Counted from the stretch's first letter, positions 39,353-50,063 are shown. The stretch is 64,000 nucleotides of DNA from Candidatus Omnitrophota bacterium (GCA_043798375.1 JAZDOS010000042.1:5037-69036), one strand, 5' to 3'. Translations and numbers: made by a program. Notes: generated by a model from the sequence alone, not told the origin.

Positions 39353-40810
39353 ATGAAAGAAGCTAATGTAGCCGATGGGAAGAAACAGTTCTCGCGTGAT
39401 CGTCTCCCGATTCCGACCAAGCTGGCCTATAGCCTTGGCACGGCAGTTGATATGTGGGGCCTCTGGCTGTACCCGGCCGTCGCTTTTGCGGTTTTTAATA
39501 TGTATTTGGGCATTGAGCCGTGGCTGGTGGGTTTGGGGATTACGCTGATCCGGGTCTGGGACGCGTTTATTGATCCTGTGGTGGGGTGGCTGTCCGATAA
39601 TTTGCGTTCCAGATGGGGCCGCCGCCGTCCTTTTATTCTGATCGCCGGTATTATATGCGGACTGTGCCTGCCGGTCCTGTTTTTGGTTTCACCATCATGG
39701 GTTGATATAAAATTCCTCGGCGTCTCCATGGTCTTCTGGTACATGGTGGTGTCCACCATGATCTATATGCCCATAGTCAGCGCTTTTACCGTACCTTACT
39801 ACAGCCTGGGAGCGGAAATGTCGCCTGATTATGAAGAACGCACCTCCATCATGTCCTATCGCAGTATTGCCCAAAAGATATCGGAATTGGGCAATTTTTA
39901 TGCCCTTCGGTTTACCAACCTGGCCTGGTTTCTTGTTCCGGGAACGGCGCAAAAGAATACCCTCATGGGAATGCGGGTCTACACATCGATACTGGGTGTG
40001 GTAATGGCCATTTTTGCCATAATCATTTTCTTCAGGGTTAAAGAACGCTACTATGAGAAAGTGGTGGTGAAGGTTACCAAGAAAATTTCAATCTTAAGCG
40101 GCTTTGGCGAGACTCTCAGGTGTAAGCCGTTCCGCCAGATGATGGTTATGGGCGGCGCTTTTACCCTGGGCACGAGCATGGTGGGCTCGCTCGGTTACTA
40201 TGCCACGGTTTTTTATGTATCCGGCGGCGACAAGATTATCGGGGATAACTGGCAATTCTGGATGGGTGTGGCTTTTATGCTGGGCGGCATTATAGGAGTT
40301 CCTCTGCATGCGAATCTTTCGCATCGTATCGGCAAACGCGAGGCGGCGGTGGTAGCCTGTCTCATAGGCATATGCGGTTACGCCGGTTCCTGGTTCCTGT
40401 ATACGCCGGCGATCCAGTGGCTGCAAACGATCTCGTCGTGTTTGATGGGAATGGCCGCGGCTTCTCTATGGATGCTGCATAGTTCCATCGGCGCCGACAT
40501 TATCGACTATGATGAGCTCAATACGAAAGAAAGAAGAGAAGGTTCTTTTACGGCCTGCGCTTCCTATATTCTAAAACTGGGAAATTCATTCGGGTATTAT
40601 TTTTCCGGCCTTATCCTGACATGGGCGGGTTTTACCTGGAAGCTTAAGGCGCAGGCGCCCCAGACCATATTCTGGATCCGCTCAAGCCTCGCTTTTTTGC
40701 CGGTCGTGGGCCTCATCATCGCTATTATTTTTGTTATGCGCGTGCCGTTGGCAAAACAAAAATCCGAAGAAATCCGAAAACAGCTCGAAGCGCGCAGGGG
40801 CACGGTATAA
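39353..40810 (+). CDS. MFS transporter, glycoside-pentoside-hexuronide (GPH):cation symporter family
   Basis: 12 TM helices and the N-terminal PTKLAYSLGTAVDMWG characteristic of MelB/GPH-like symporters. Confidence 0.7.
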   Translation: MKEANVADGKKQFSRDRLPIPTKLAYSLGTAVDMWGLWLYPAVAFAVFNMYLGIEPWLVGLGITLIRVWDAFIDPVVGWLSDNLRSRWGRRRPFILIAGIICGLCLPVLFLVSPSWVDIKFLGVSMVFWYMVVSTMIYMPIVSAFTVPYYSLGAEMSPDYEERTSIMSYRSIAQKISELGNFYALRFTNLAWFLVPGTAQKNTLMGMRVYTSILGVVMAIFAIIIFFRVKERYYEKVVVKVTKKISILSGFGETLRCKPFRQMMVMGGAFTLGTSMVGSLGYYATVFYVSGGDKIIGDNWQFWMGVAFMLGGIIGVPLHANLSHRIGKREAAVVACLIGICGYAGSWFLYTPAIQWLQTISSCLMGMAAASLWMLHSSIGADIIDYDELNTKERREGSFTACASYILKLGNSFGYYFSGLILTWAGFTWKLKAQAPQTIFWIRSSLAFLPVVGLIIAIIFVMRVPLAKQKSEEIRKQLEARRGTV

Positions 40811-40821
40811 GTAATCGTCTT

Positions 40822-40860
40822 ATTCAGCCTTGGCCGTAGGGGAGGTTTAAACCTCCCCTA
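40822..40860 (+). terminator. Rho-independent terminator: 14-bp GC-rich stem, 6-nt loop, T-tract
   Basis: ggccgtaggggagg tttaaa cctcccctacggcc tttt. Confidence 0.7.
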
Positions 40861-40902
40861 CGGCCTTTTGAGTAACGTTTAAAAATTACCGGCGGGAAGC
40901 TT

Positions 40903-42579
40903 ATGAATGAATTAAAGTTCGGCACAAGCGGATTAAGGGATACGGTCGAAAATATGACCGACATGGAATGTTATGTTAACGCAAGGGGCTTCATCGCGTA
41001 TCTTAAGAAGACAGGAGAGTTTGAAAAAGGCGATTGTATCGCGATAGGCGGAGATAGAAGGCCCAGTACGTATAAGATAAAAAGGGCTGTCGCGGCCGCT
41101 ATTTACGATATGGGCGGTATGGTAGACGACCAGGGGCGCATTCCCAGCCCCGCCCTGGCTTATTACGCAATGCGCAATAATATGGCCAGTATCATGGTTA
41201 CGGGCAGCCATATACCGGCGGATAGGAATGGTATAAAGTTTACGAAACGAACAGGCGAGATATTAAAATCGGATGAGCCGGATATTTTGGAAAATGTAAA
41301 GAAAGAGAGGGTAAAAGTTTATTCTACCCGCGGCGAAGGCTCAATTTTTGATAAAGATGGGGCTTTTAAGGCAGCGCTCGGGCCTGAGTTTAACGGGTTA
41401 TTAAGGGCCGAATATTATACGGGTGAGGCTCGTAAATTATATATAGACAGGTATAGAAGCGTGTTCGGCAATAATTTTTTTCCTGAAGGGACAAAAATAT
41501 TTCTGTATCAACATTCCGCTGTTGGTAGAGATATCGTAAAGGAGATCTTTGAAAATTTAGGCGCTAAAGTCTTTGCCCCCGATATCAAGATAGGCGATGA
41601 ACCCTTAAGAAGCGATGAGTTTGTCCCGGTCGATACCGAAAGCGTTTCCGACAAGACTTTATCGCTATTTAAGAAGGTTCTCGCGGATAATGATCTTGAT
41701 ATCGGAATAACGCTGGACGGCGATTCGGATAGGCCGCTTCTGGTTTACAGGGTTTATGAAGAAGGCAAACCGACTGACGAAGTTTACCCCGTTAGAGAAC
41801 CGCGGTTCTCTAACGGGGTAAAATATATAACCGGCGATATTTTAGGGTTACTTGCCGTATTGGGTTTGGAAAAATTAAATATAAAAATAGACGCCGTGTG
41901 CGTTCCCGTAAGCGCGAATGATTCTATCGAAAAGATCTGTAAAGACAAAGGCATAGAATTGACCCAGACCAGGATAGGGTCCCCTTTCGTTATTGCCGCG
42001 ATGAATGATTCTATCGGCCGCCATTCGGCCGGATGGAATGTGGTTTCATGGGAATCGAACGGCGGTTTTTTAACAGGAACCGATCTCAAGATAGGAGATA
42101 AAACCCTCAAGGCCTTACCTACCAGAGACGCGGTGCTTCCGCTCGTAAGCGCCATACATTTGATCGTAAAAAGCGGATCGAGCGTTTCGCGATTTTTAAA
42201 GGCGCTTCCCTCAAGGTTTACGCATGCGGACAGAATTAAAGAATTTCCCATTGCTTTGAGTAACGCCATAATCAGTTATTTAACCCCCGAAGATTTGAAT
42301 GACCGAAAAGAGTCCGAAATCATTAAAAAGAGGATAGAAGAAGTATTTCTTAAGTGTGATGGTTTTGGAAAAGTTAAAAACGTGAATTATACGGATGGCA
42401 TAAGGATACGATTTACCAACGGCGAGATATCGCACTTAAGGCCGTCCGGCAACGCGCCGGAGTTCAGGAATTACGCTATCGCGGACTCACAGGAGAGGGC
42501 GGAGGAAATGGCGCGGATAGGGATTGAGAAGATAATACCGATGTTGGCCGAGAGGATTGCTTCTTCAGGCCTATTTTGA
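40903..42579 (+). CDS. Phosphomannomutase/phosphoglucomutase (alpha-D-phosphohexomutase superfamily)
   Basis: FGTSGLRD at the N-terminus, active-site loop TGSHIPADRNGIKF, Mg loop LDGDSDRPLLV. Confidence 0.75.
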   Translation: MNELKFGTSGLRDTVENMTDMECYVNARGFIAYLKKTGEFEKGDCIAIGGDRRPSTYKIKRAVAAAIYDMGGMVDDQGRIPSPALAYYAMRNNMASIMVTGSHIPADRNGIKFTKRTGEILKSDEPDILENVKKERVKVYSTRGEGSIFDKDGAFKAALGPEFNGLLRAEYYTGEARKLYIDRYRSVFGNNFFPEGTKIFLYQHSAVGRDIVKEIFENLGAKVFAPDIKIGDEPLRSDEFVPVDTESVSDKTLSLFKKVLADNDLDIGITLDGDSDRPLLVYRVYEEGKPTDEVYPVREPRFSNGVKYITGDILGLLAVLGLEKLNIKIDAVCVPVSANDSIEKICKDKGIELTQTRIGSPFVIAAMNDSIGRHSAGWNVVSWESNGGFLTGTDLKIGDKTLKALPTRDAVLPLVSAIHLIVKSGSSVSRFLKALPSRFTHADRIKEFPIALSNAIISYLTPEDLNDRKESEIIKKRIEEVFLKCDGFGKVKNVNYTDGIRIRFTNGEISHLRPSGNAPEFRNYAIADSQERAEEMARIGIEKIIPMLAERIASSGLF

Positions 42580-42593
42580 TATAATGGAATGAT

Positions 42594-43451
42594 ATGGAAT
42601 TCAAGAAGAGCAGATGGTTCCGGAATACCGCGATGAAGGGCGTGATATACGCGTTCCTCATCCTCGGCGCCGTCTCCATAGCGATCCCGTATGTCTGGAT
42701 GTTCGTCACAAGCCTTAAGCCCGTCGAAGAGGTGCAGTCGTACCCGCCTTCTTTTATTGTGAGGCATCCTACGCTCCTGCCTTATCATGACCTCTTTCGG
42801 CTCATGCCGATACTGAGGTACATCTGGAACTCCATATACGTCGCGGCTGCCGTCACTATCGCCAATATATTCCTCTGCTCGCTGGCGGGCTACGCGTTCG
42901 CCAAACACAGGTTCTGGGGTAGAGATAAGATATTCTTTGTCCTCCTGGGTTCGCTCATGATACCGTGGCAGGTTAACATCATTTCAGGGTTCATCCTGAT
43001 GAGGAAATTAGGCTGGCTCAATTCGTATAACGCATTGATCGTTCCGGCCATGGCGGGAGTCTTCGGCATTTTCCTGTGCAGGCAGTTCATAATGTCAATA
43101 CCGGATGACCTGGTGGATGCGGCGAAGATCGACGGGTGCAGTGAGTTCACCATCTACCGCCTCGTCATACTGCCGCTGATAAAGCCGGTCATTGCGACGC
43201 TGGCGATTCTTACGTTCCTCCAGCAATGGAACAACTTCATATGGCCCCTCATAGTGATAAGCTCGAGCGAGATGCGCACGCTGCCTCTGGCCCTCTCCGT
43301 GCTCAACAGCCAGTTCGGCACGAGATTCGCGATGGTCATGGCCGGCGCAGTGGTGGCGACGACGCCGATGCTCATCGTCTTCCTGTTGTTCCAGAAGTAT
43401 TTCATGAAGGGGATAGCGATGACGGGGCTTAAGGGGTATGAAAAGATGTAG
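42594..43451 (+). CDS. ABC sugar transporter permease (MalG/UgpE-type)
   Basis: Six TM helices; EAA loop DAAKIDGCSEFTIYRLVILPLIKP. Confidence 0.8.
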   Translation: MEFKKSRWFRNTAMKGVIYAFLILGAVSIAIPYVWMFVTSLKPVEEVQSYPPSFIVRHPTLLPYHDLFRLMPILRYIWNSIYVAAAVTIANIFLCSLAGYAFAKHRFWGRDKIFFVLLGSLMIPWQVNIISGFILMRKLGWLNSYNALIVPAMAGVFGIFLCRQFIMSIPDDLVDAAKIDGCSEFTIYRLVILPLIKPVIATLAILTFLQQWNNFIWPLIVISSSEMRTLPLALSVLNSQFGTRFAMVMAGAVVATTPMLIVFLLFQKYFMKGIAMTGLKGYEKM

Positions 43452-43499
43452 GCCGGTAAAATAGGAAATAGTGAAGAGCATTGCGCTGAAAGGATAATC

Positions 43500-45158
43500 A
43501 TGAAAAGTAAAAAGGTAAAAGTAAAAAGGCAAAAGTTCAATTCAAAATTTAAAATTAAAAAAGTTGTTTTTTTAGCGTTATCATGCCTGTTTATGCTCAC
43601 AAGCGTCTCCTGCGCGCAGACGACGAACGAGCCGCAAACGAAGACGAACAACGAACAACGAGCAACGAACAACGAGCTTGTATATCTTAAGGCCGAGAAC
43701 GCGGTCGCCTCCGGGTTCGACGAAAGCCCGGATTGGGCGCCGAAGCCGGATGCCATGGCGGTGATCGACGGTGATATGGAGACGAGGTGGTCTTCCGGGT
43801 ATACGGACGGCGAATGGATATACCTTGACTTCGGCAAACCGAAAACGATATCGAGAGTGGTTATAATTTGGGAGCAGGCTTACGCGGCGGATTTTGATAT
43901 ATTGACTTCGGACGACGCCGTTGCATGGAAGGACCTTTTCTCTTTGAAGAGCCAGAAAGGGGATGCCAGCGATATAAAATTCGCCCCTGTCACCGCAAGA
44001 TATATAAAGGTAGTCGGTGTAAAACGCGCGAACCCTGAATGGGGCATTTCGATGTGGGAGATAGAGCCCTATGGGCCAAAGGCATTGAATCCCGGAGAGC
44101 TGCCCAAGGAAGAGATCTTTAAGTCGAGCGAAGAGAAGATCGAGCTTGAGAATAAGAGAAAAGTTCTTTTAAAGAAGATAGAAGGCCGTATAGTCGCCTC
44201 GCCCGGCCCGATAACTTCGGGAGAGTTCCAGAAAGGCATCAACTACACTTCATGGAAACCGGATGAGCTTGCCGGAGATACGTCGGATTGCAGCCTGATA
44301 TACCTGTCGCAATTGGGCGTCAAGCATATAGCGCTGATGGCCGTCTGGTACCAGGCGGATGCCGCCTCAAAGAAGATCTATACCGATCCCGAGAAGACCC
44401 CGAGCGATGAGTCTTTGAGCCACGCGATAAACACGATGCATGCCCTTGGCATGAAAGTGATGCTGAAACCCCATGTGGACCTCGCGGACGGGGAAGTGCG
44501 GACCAACATTATCTCGAGCGAGGAATGGTTCGCGAGCTATAAAGAGTTCATCCTGCATTACGCGCGGCTTGCGGCAAAGTACAACGTGGAACTCCTCTGC
44601 ATCGGCACGGAGCTGTCGAACACATCGTTTTCGAAATGGAAGGCCCAGTGGCTGGACGTCATAGCCGCGATCAGGGCCGTTTATAAAGGGCCGATAACAT
44701 ACGCGGCGAATTGGGATGAGTATGAGAGCGTTTCGTTCTGGACAGGCGTCGATTATATAGGAATGGACGCGTATTTTCCGCTTACCGACAAAACAAATCC
44801 TACCGGAGAAGAGCTTGTAAAGGGGTGGGAGAAGAACGCCGACGTTATAGAAACATGGCTCAAGGATAATAAATTGAATAAGCCGGTAATATTCACCGAG
44901 GTCGGATACGATACTATAGAAGGGTCTAACAAACAGCCATGGCGGGTTCTGCCGACAATGGCGAAATATAAAGAGAGCCAGGACGAACAGGCGGACTGCC
45001 TTGAAGCGCTCTTCCTGGCGCTTTCGAAGAGGCCGTGGTTCAAGGGCTTCTACTGGTGGAACTATTTTCCGAGGCCCGACATAGGCCCCCTTGGCTACAC
45101 TCTCCGCGGGAAGAAAGGCGAGAAGGTGCTTGTGGAGTGGTTCGGTAAACTAAAATGA
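43500..45158 (+). CDS. Secreted glycoside hydrolase with an N-terminal F5/8 type C (discoidin/CBM32-like) domain and a clan GH-A (GH113/GH5-like, mannanase-like) catalytic domain
   Basis: Discoidin motifs AVIDGDMETRWSS...WIYLDFG...ARYIKV; GH-A motifs CIGTELS (acid/base NE-like) and IFTEVGY (nucleophile). The lysine-rich N-terminus overlaps a GTAAAAAG repeat, so the true start may lie downstream. Confidence 0.65.
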   Translation: MKSKKVKVKRQKFNSKFKIKKVVFLALSCLFMLTSVSCAQTTNEPQTKTNNEQRATNNELVYLKAENAVASGFDESPDWAPKPDAMAVIDGDMETRWSSGYTDGEWIYLDFGKPKTISRVVIIWEQAYAADFDILTSDDAVAWKDLFSLKSQKGDASDIKFAPVTARYIKVVGVKRANPEWGISMWEIEPYGPKALNPGELPKEEIFKSSEEKIELENKRKVLLKKIEGRIVASPGPITSGEFQKGINYTSWKPDELAGDTSDCSLIYLSQLGVKHIALMAVWYQADAASKKIYTDPEKTPSDESLSHAINTMHALGMKVMLKPHVDLADGEVRTNIISSEEWFASYKEFILHYARLAAKYNVELLCIGTELSNTSFSKWKAQWLDVIAAIRAVYKGPITYAANWDEYESVSFWTGVDYIGMDAYFPLTDKTNPTGEELVKGWEKNADVIETWLKDNKLNKPVIFTEVGYDTIEGSNKQPWRVLPTMAKYKESQDEQADCLEALFLALSKRPWFKGFYWWNYFPRPDIGPLGYTLRGKKGEKVLVEWFGKLK

Positions 45159-45163
45159 TCATG

Positions 45164-45288
45164 GATTGCGTTAATCGGTTGCGGTTGCGCGGCTCGTCAC
45201 GTCAAATGTTATGTGTCTATCGTTAAAAAAGACGCAACCGATGTACGATAAACGAAACGAGCAGCGCAACCGATGGACGACAGACGAT
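45164..45288. repeat. Short (~125 bp) ORF-less copy of the inverted-repeat element family, immediately upstream of the response-regulator gene
   Basis: cggttgcggttgcgcggctcgtcacg ... aacgagcagcgcaaccgatgg, plus the internal gttatg..gacgcaaccgat segment shared with the long copy. Confidence 0.8.
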
Positions 45289-45291
45289 CCT

Positions 45292-45960
45292 ATGCGTATC
45301 CTAGTCATCGAAGACGAGAAGAAGATAGCGGATTTCATCAAGCGCGGCCTGAAGGAAGAAGGTTACGCCGTCGACGCGGCATACGACGGCGCCGAAGGGC
45401 AGTTCCTGGCGAAGACCAACAGCTATGACCTCATTCTTCTCGACCTCATGCTGCCGAAAATCGACGGCCTTACCCTCTGCGGCAATCTGAAGAAAGAAGG
45501 GATCGCGATTCCCGTAATCATGCTGACGGCGAAAGACACCGTTGAAGACAAGGTCACCGGCCTCGACGCGGGCGCCGACGATTATATTACGAAACCCTTC
45601 GTCTTCGAAGAACTGCTTGCGAGAGTCCGCGCCGTATTAAGGAAGAAAGGTTCGAAAGAAGCGGCGAAGCTCGAGGTCGAGGACCTTAAACTTGACATCA
45701 TTACCCATAAAGTTACCCGCCGGGACAAAGAGATAATTTTAACGGCCAAAGAGTACGCGCTGTTGGAATACCTTATGCGTAATGCCGGCTCCATCGTCAC
45801 CAGGACGATGATATCGGAGCACGTATGGGACATAGACTTTGACACATTCACGAACGTGATAGATGTCTATATCAATTATTTGAGAAACAAGATCGACGCG
45901 GGGCACGCGAAGAAGCTGATCCATACGGTTCGGGGGAGAGGGTACACCCTGAAAGCATAA
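45292..45960 (+). CDS. OmpR-family DNA-binding response regulator
   Basis: MRILVIEDE..D..LLDLMLPKIDG receiver domain; winged-helix TVRGRGYTL. Start set at the ATG at 45292 because the ORF-track start at 45211 lies inside the repeat. Confidence 0.85.
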   Translation: MRILVIEDEKKIADFIKRGLKEEGYAVDAAYDGAEGQFLAKTNSYDLILLDLMLPKIDGLTLCGNLKKEGIAIPVIMLTAKDTVEDKVTGLDAGADDYITKPFVFEELLARVRAVLRKKGSKEAAKLEVEDLKLDIITHKVTRRDKEIILTAKEYALLEYLMRNAGSIVTRTMISEHVWDIDFDTFTNVIDVYINYLRNKIDAGHAKKLIHTVRGRGYTLKA

Positions 45961-45969
45961 ATCCGGTTA

Positions 45970-46098
45970 CATAAAACGGTTGCGGTTGCGCGGCTCGTCA
46001 CGTCAAACGTTATGCGTCTATCGTTAAAAAAGACGCAACCGATGTACGATAAACGAAACGAGCAGCGCAACCGATAGACGAATAACGCAACCCGCTAG
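45970..46098. repeat. Second near-identical short copy of the inverted-repeat element, immediately upstream of the histidine-kinase gene
   Basis: Over 90% identical to 45164-45288 by eye. Confidence 0.8.
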
Positions 46099-46110
46099 GG
46101 AAAATAACGC

Positions 46111-47574
46111 ATGTTTTATAAGTCCATCCGCTTCAAAATAACGATCCTCTACATGGCGATTCTCGCCCTGACCATCTCATCCTTCAGCGCCGTCCTATAC
46201 CATAATGTATCCCAGGGTCTGTACAACAATATGGACATCCTCTTAAAGTCAAAGGCCGGCGGTATATCAAAGGCGATCAATACCTACTGGGAGACATCGA
46301 CCCTGGAAGAGCTGGCAAGCGGTGTCCAGCCCGACGAGGTTTTAAGAAAAAGGCGCAATTTCAACTTCACGAAAGTCGCCCAGAACTGGGTAAGGGAAGA
46401 GTCGAAGGACCCGGAACTTCTGAGCATCATAGTCACAGTTTTCGATACCGACGGCGCGACGATCGCCTCATCCAAAAATGCCCGGGGGCTTACCCAGATC
46501 CCGAGAAGAGACTTTATATCCGTTCTGCAGGGCAAGGCCAGGTTCGACACCGTAGGATCGATGAGAATATACACGACGCCCGTATTTGAGAATGAAAAGG
46601 TCGCGTATATCGTGCAGGTCGCAAGCTCCCTTCAGCCGTTACAGGCCGCGCTCAACAATATAAGAGTGGCGCTCTTCGTGTTATTCCCCATCACCGTGCT
46701 TGCGACCGGAATAATGGGCGCGCTTCTTGCCAAGGTCACTCTTCGCCCGGTCGACAGGATGATACATACGATACATCAGATCACGGCGGAAAATATGAGG
46801 CTGAGGCTCGAGAATCCCAATACGAAAGACGAGATCCAGAAACTTGCCGCGACGTTCAACAGCATGCTCGAGCGCCTCGAACATGCCTTCGCGTCACAGA
46901 AAAAACTTTTCGAGAACCTGTCGCATGAACTGAAGACGCCGCTGACCATATTGAAAGGTGAATTCGAAGTGGTTCTGAAGAAGACCCGCTCCCAGGCGGA
47001 GTATGAGGCGATACTGAAGAGCGCCCTTGAAGAGGTTGACAGGATGACGAGGCTTGCCGGGAACCTGCTTGAGCTTGCAAGGCTTGAGTCGAAAGAGGTA
47101 TTTCCCGAGAAGAAGAGGCTTAACCTTAATCTTATAGTGCGCGGCATAGTCAATAATATAAGGAAAGTCGCGGAATCCAAGAATATCAGCGTTTCATGCA
47201 GGGCCGAAGACGAACTGTTCGTAGAAGGGGACGAGGACAGGCTGAAGACCATGTTCCTTAATATACTGGACAACGCGGTCAAGTATACAAAACCCGGAGG
47301 CGGCATATCCGTGACATCGGAAAGACACGGCTCGTTTGTAAATGTAAAGATAGACGATACGGGAATAGGCGTTTCTAAGGAGGAAATAGACCACATCTTT
47401 GACCGGTTCTACCGCACCGAGAACGCGAGGGCAAATATGGGGTTCGGCCTGGGGCTAAGCATAGCCAAATCTATAGTAGAGGCGCACAAGGGCGATATCA
47501 AGGTAGAGAGCCGGTCTTCCAAAGGCACAGCATTTACCGTTTCCCTGCCCCTCTCCGCCTACGCAATCAACTAG
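46111..47574 (+). CDS. Sensor histidine kinase (2 TM helices, periplasmic sensor, HAMP, HisKA, HATPase_c)
   Basis: H-box [10 protein letters not shown]; G-boxes DDTGIGV and [18 protein letters not shown]. Confidence 0.85.
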   Translation: MFYKSIRFKITILYMAILALTISSFSAVLYHNVSQGLYNNMDILLKSKAGGISKAINTYWETSTLEELASGVQPDEVLRKRRNFNFTKVAQNWVREESKDPELLSIIVTVFDTDGATIASSKNARGLTQIPRRDFISVLQGKARFDTVGSMRIYTTPVFENEKVAYIVQVASSLQPLQAALNNIRVALFVLFPITVLATGIMGALLAKVTLRPVDRMIHTIHQITAENMRLRLENPNTKDEIQKLAATFNSMLERLEHAFASQKKLFENLSHELKTPLTILKGEFEVVLKKTRSQAEYEAILKSALEEVDRMTRLAGNLLELARLESKEVFPEKKRLNLNLIVRGIVNNIRKVAESKNISVSCRAEDELFVEGDEDRLKTMFLNILDNAVKYTKPGGGISVTSERHGSFVNVKIDDTGIGVSKEEIDHIFDRFYRTENARANMGFGLGLSIAKSIVEAHKGDIKVESRSSKGTAFTVSLPLSAYAIN

Positions 47575-47696
47575 TGATAGAGCAGGTGCTTCGGCGGACA
47601 AGCATTAGAATATTTTAATATTCTTCTAACCTTCTTTTAACCGCAGGTAATGTATAATTAAGGTAGAGGATAAAAAATAGAAAGGGGGGCAGTTGT

Positions 47697-48287
47697 ATGA
47701 AAAAGTTAATGGTCATAGCTCTGGCGATAGCCTTTGCATTCGGCTTCTCGAGCTTAGCCCGGGCCGAAGAGAAGGTCATATTCGGTTTTGAAAAGGATAC
47801 CCAGGGCTGGGAGATACCGGAATGGGCGCTTGAGCAGGAGGATCACGTAGCGAAGACGGCGGAGTCTTCCAAAGATTTCGCTAAAGAAGGCAAGGGGTCG
47901 CTTAAAGTAATGGCGGACTTCCCGGGCAAGATATGGGCGGCCGGGCTGGTGGAGGATTTTGAGTATTTTGACTGGACGCCTTACAAGGCCATATCCGTCG
48001 ATGTCTACATACCCAAAGACGCGCCGGTCGGATTAAAGGCAAAGATAGTATTGACGGTAGGCGAAGGCTGGAAGTTCATCGAAATGGCGCGCTCGATCGC
48101 GCTCGTCCCGGGAGAGTGGGTTACGATCACCGCGGATCTTATGCCCGGAAGCGAAGATTGGAAGAGGACGGTAGTTGACGATAATTTCAGGAAAGACGTC
48201 CGTAAGATAGCCGTCAGAGTCGAGTCGAACAGGAAACCGGAATATAAGGGCCCATTCTACGTCGATAATATAAGGCTTACAAAGTAA
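47697..48287 (+). CDS. Secreted ~22 kDa beta-sandwich/CBM-like protein (paralog A), with signal peptide
   Basis: MKKLMVIALAIAFAFGFSSLARA signal peptide. Shares VIFGFEKDTQGWEIPEWA, LTVGEGWK and YVDNIRL motifs with 49461-50063. Confidence 0.6.
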   Translation: MKKLMVIALAIAFAFGFSSLARAEEKVIFGFEKDTQGWEIPEWALEQEDHVAKTAESSKDFAKEGKGSLKVMADFPGKIWAAGLVEDFEYFDWTPYKAISVDVYIPKDAPVGLKAKIVLTVGEGWKFIEMARSIALVPGEWVTITADLMPGSEDWKRTVVDDNFRKDVRKIAVRVESNRKPEYKGPFYVDNIRLTK

Positions 48288-48303
48288 TTTGAATAACCGT
48301 ATT

Positions 48304-48341
48304 AACCTTTAAGGTTGCCTACGGCAACCTTAAAGGTTAAT
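48304..48341 (+). repeat. AGGTTGCC/GGCAACCT-family hairpin in the leader of the second GH-A hydrolase gene
   Basis: ttaacctttaaggttgcc tac ggcaaccttaaaggttaa. Confidence 0.7.
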
Positions 48342-48414
48342 ATGGGTTAGGGTAGCAGGGTCTTGACCATGCCCGCGAAAAGTAGTATAATATATATTCT
48401 CATAAGAGGTTAAA

Positions 48415-49452
48415 ATGATTAAAAGACTTATATTGATAATCGTTATAATGGTTCTCTTTTGCGGGCCCGCCTTCTCTTATGAATGGCAAAAGGGTATTTG
48501 CTATACTGCCTGGGCGAAAGATAAATACTCGTCCACTGCTTCCGACGAATCCCTCCGGGCCCTCTCTGAAACCGGGGCTAATTGGGTAAGCATCCTGACC
48601 ACATGGTATCAGGATACGTGTCACGATACGGATATACACCCCACCGAGAAGACCCCAAGCGACGAAAGCATCATTCACGCCATCAAAGAAGCGCATTCTC
48701 TCGGGATGAAGGTCATGATAAAGCCTCATCTCGATATCATAGACACTTCCGACGGGAGCTGGCGCGGAGATATAGGATGCAAGATAGATACCGACTGGGA
48801 CGCATGGTTTGAGAGTTACAAAGATTTCATTGTCCATTATGCCGTATTGGCGGAGGAGAACAAGGCCGAGATGTTGTGCATCGGTACCGAGCTTACATCC
48901 ATTTCCGCGATAAAAGAGGATAAGTGGAGAAACGTAGTAATTAAATCGGTCAGAGAGGCATATAAGGGGCCGTTGACATACGCGTCAAACTGGAATGATG
49001 AATACGGGCACATCAAATTCTGGGATGCCCTTGACTACGTAGGCATCGATGCCTATTACCCGCTTGTGGAAGACAAGGCTGTGCCGACGTTAGAAGAGAT
49101 AAAGAAAGGGTGGGAGCCGTGGGTGAAAGACCTCGAGGCGTTTCAGGAGAGGGTCGATAAACCGATAATATTCCCGGAGGTAGGATATTGCAGCGCGGAC
49201 TGGACGGCGAAAACCCCATGGGAAGAGCTTACCGGACATACGAATGTGAAGCTTCAGGCGGACTGTTACGAAGCTCTTTTGCAAACTTTCTGGCAGAAGG
49301 ATTGGTTTTACGGGGTCTATTGGTGGAGATGGGGGACAAATAAGGACTTCGGCGGCCCCAACAACAGGGGTTATATTTTCCGCAATAAACCCGCCGAGAA
49401 GATCGTGGAAAAGTGGTATGAGAAGCATGTGCCGACAAAGTTGAAGTACTAA
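48415..49452 (+). CDS. Secreted clan GH-A (GH113/GH5-like) glycoside hydrolase, a paralog of the catalytic domain of 43500-45158
   Basis: Signal peptide; CIGTELTS and IFPEVGY motifs; collinear with the 43500 catalytic domain (WYQD..., SDESI.HAI..AH.LGMKVM.KPH.D). Confidence 0.65.
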   Translation: MIKRLILIIVIMVLFCGPAFSYEWQKGICYTAWAKDKYSSTASDESLRALSETGANWVSILTTWYQDTCHDTDIHPTEKTPSDESIIHAIKEAHSLGMKVMIKPHLDIIDTSDGSWRGDIGCKIDTDWDAWFESYKDFIVHYAVLAEENKAEMLCIGTELTSISAIKEDKWRNVVIKSVREAYKGPLTYASNWNDEYGHIKFWDALDYVGIDAYYPLVEDKAVPTLEEIKKGWEPWVKDLEAFQERVDKPIIFPEVGYCSADWTAKTPWEELTGHTNVKLQADCYEALLQTFWQKDWFYGVYWWRWGTNKDFGGPNNRGYIFRNKPAEKIVEKWYEKHVPTKLKY

Positions 49453-49460
49453 AATTTTTT

Positions 49461-50063
49461 ATGCCGAAATTAAAAATATTTTTAATTCTTTTAATAACAG
49501 TTGCCTTTTTTACCGTCCTGCCGGGATTGGCATATTCAAAAGAGATCGTTCTATACGGTTTTGAGAAAGACCCTCAAGGGTGGGAGATACCCGATTGGAC
49601 GATGGGTAAAGCCGACCATGTCGGCCGCCAGATAAGCGTCTCCGAATTTAACGCGAGCGAAGGCGGATATTCGCTGGAATTCGATGTTGAATTTTCCGGC
49701 AGTCCGCGATGGGAGGGCGCATACGTCGAGCGCGTTATAGACGTTACCGACTGGAGCCCGTTCAGCTGCCTGTCCGTCGACATCTTCCTTCCGAAGAACG
49801 CGCCGCAGGGCTTGAGGGCGCGGGTTATATTGACCGTAGGCGAAGGCTGGAAATGGACTGAAGGCAACAAGGCGTTCCCGCTTACCCCGGGCGAGTGGAC
49901 TGTCATAAAGCTGGACCTCACCCCGGATAGCATGTCCTGGCGGAAGTTCATAGACGACAACTTCAGGAGCGATATAAAGAAGCTGGGCATCAGGATCGAG
50001 TCTAACGGCAAGATCGCGTACAAGGGGCCGGTCTACATCGACAATGTGAAGCTGTCAGATTAA
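49461..50063 (+). CDS. Secreted beta-sandwich/CBM-like protein (paralog B)
   Basis: Signal peptide; VLYGFEKDPQGWEIPDWT, LTVGEGWKW, YIDNVKL. Confidence 0.6.
   Translation: MPKLKIFLILLITVAFFTVLPGLAYSKEIVLYGFEKDPQGWEIPDWTMGKADHVGRQISVSEFNASEGGYSLEFDVEFSGSPRWEGAYVERVIDVTDWSPFSCLSVDIFLPKNAPQGLRARVILTVGEGWKWTEGNKAFPLTPGEWTVIKLDLTPDSMSWRKFIDDNFRSDIKKLGIRIESNGKIAYKGPVYIDNVKLSD

Noticed and set aside
45211-45291. N-terminal 27-aa extension of the response regulator (MCLSLKKTQPMYDKRNEQRNRWTTDDP)
   Set aside because: It is a translation of the inverted-repeat element. The canonical receiver domain starts at MRILVIEDE (ATG at 45292)
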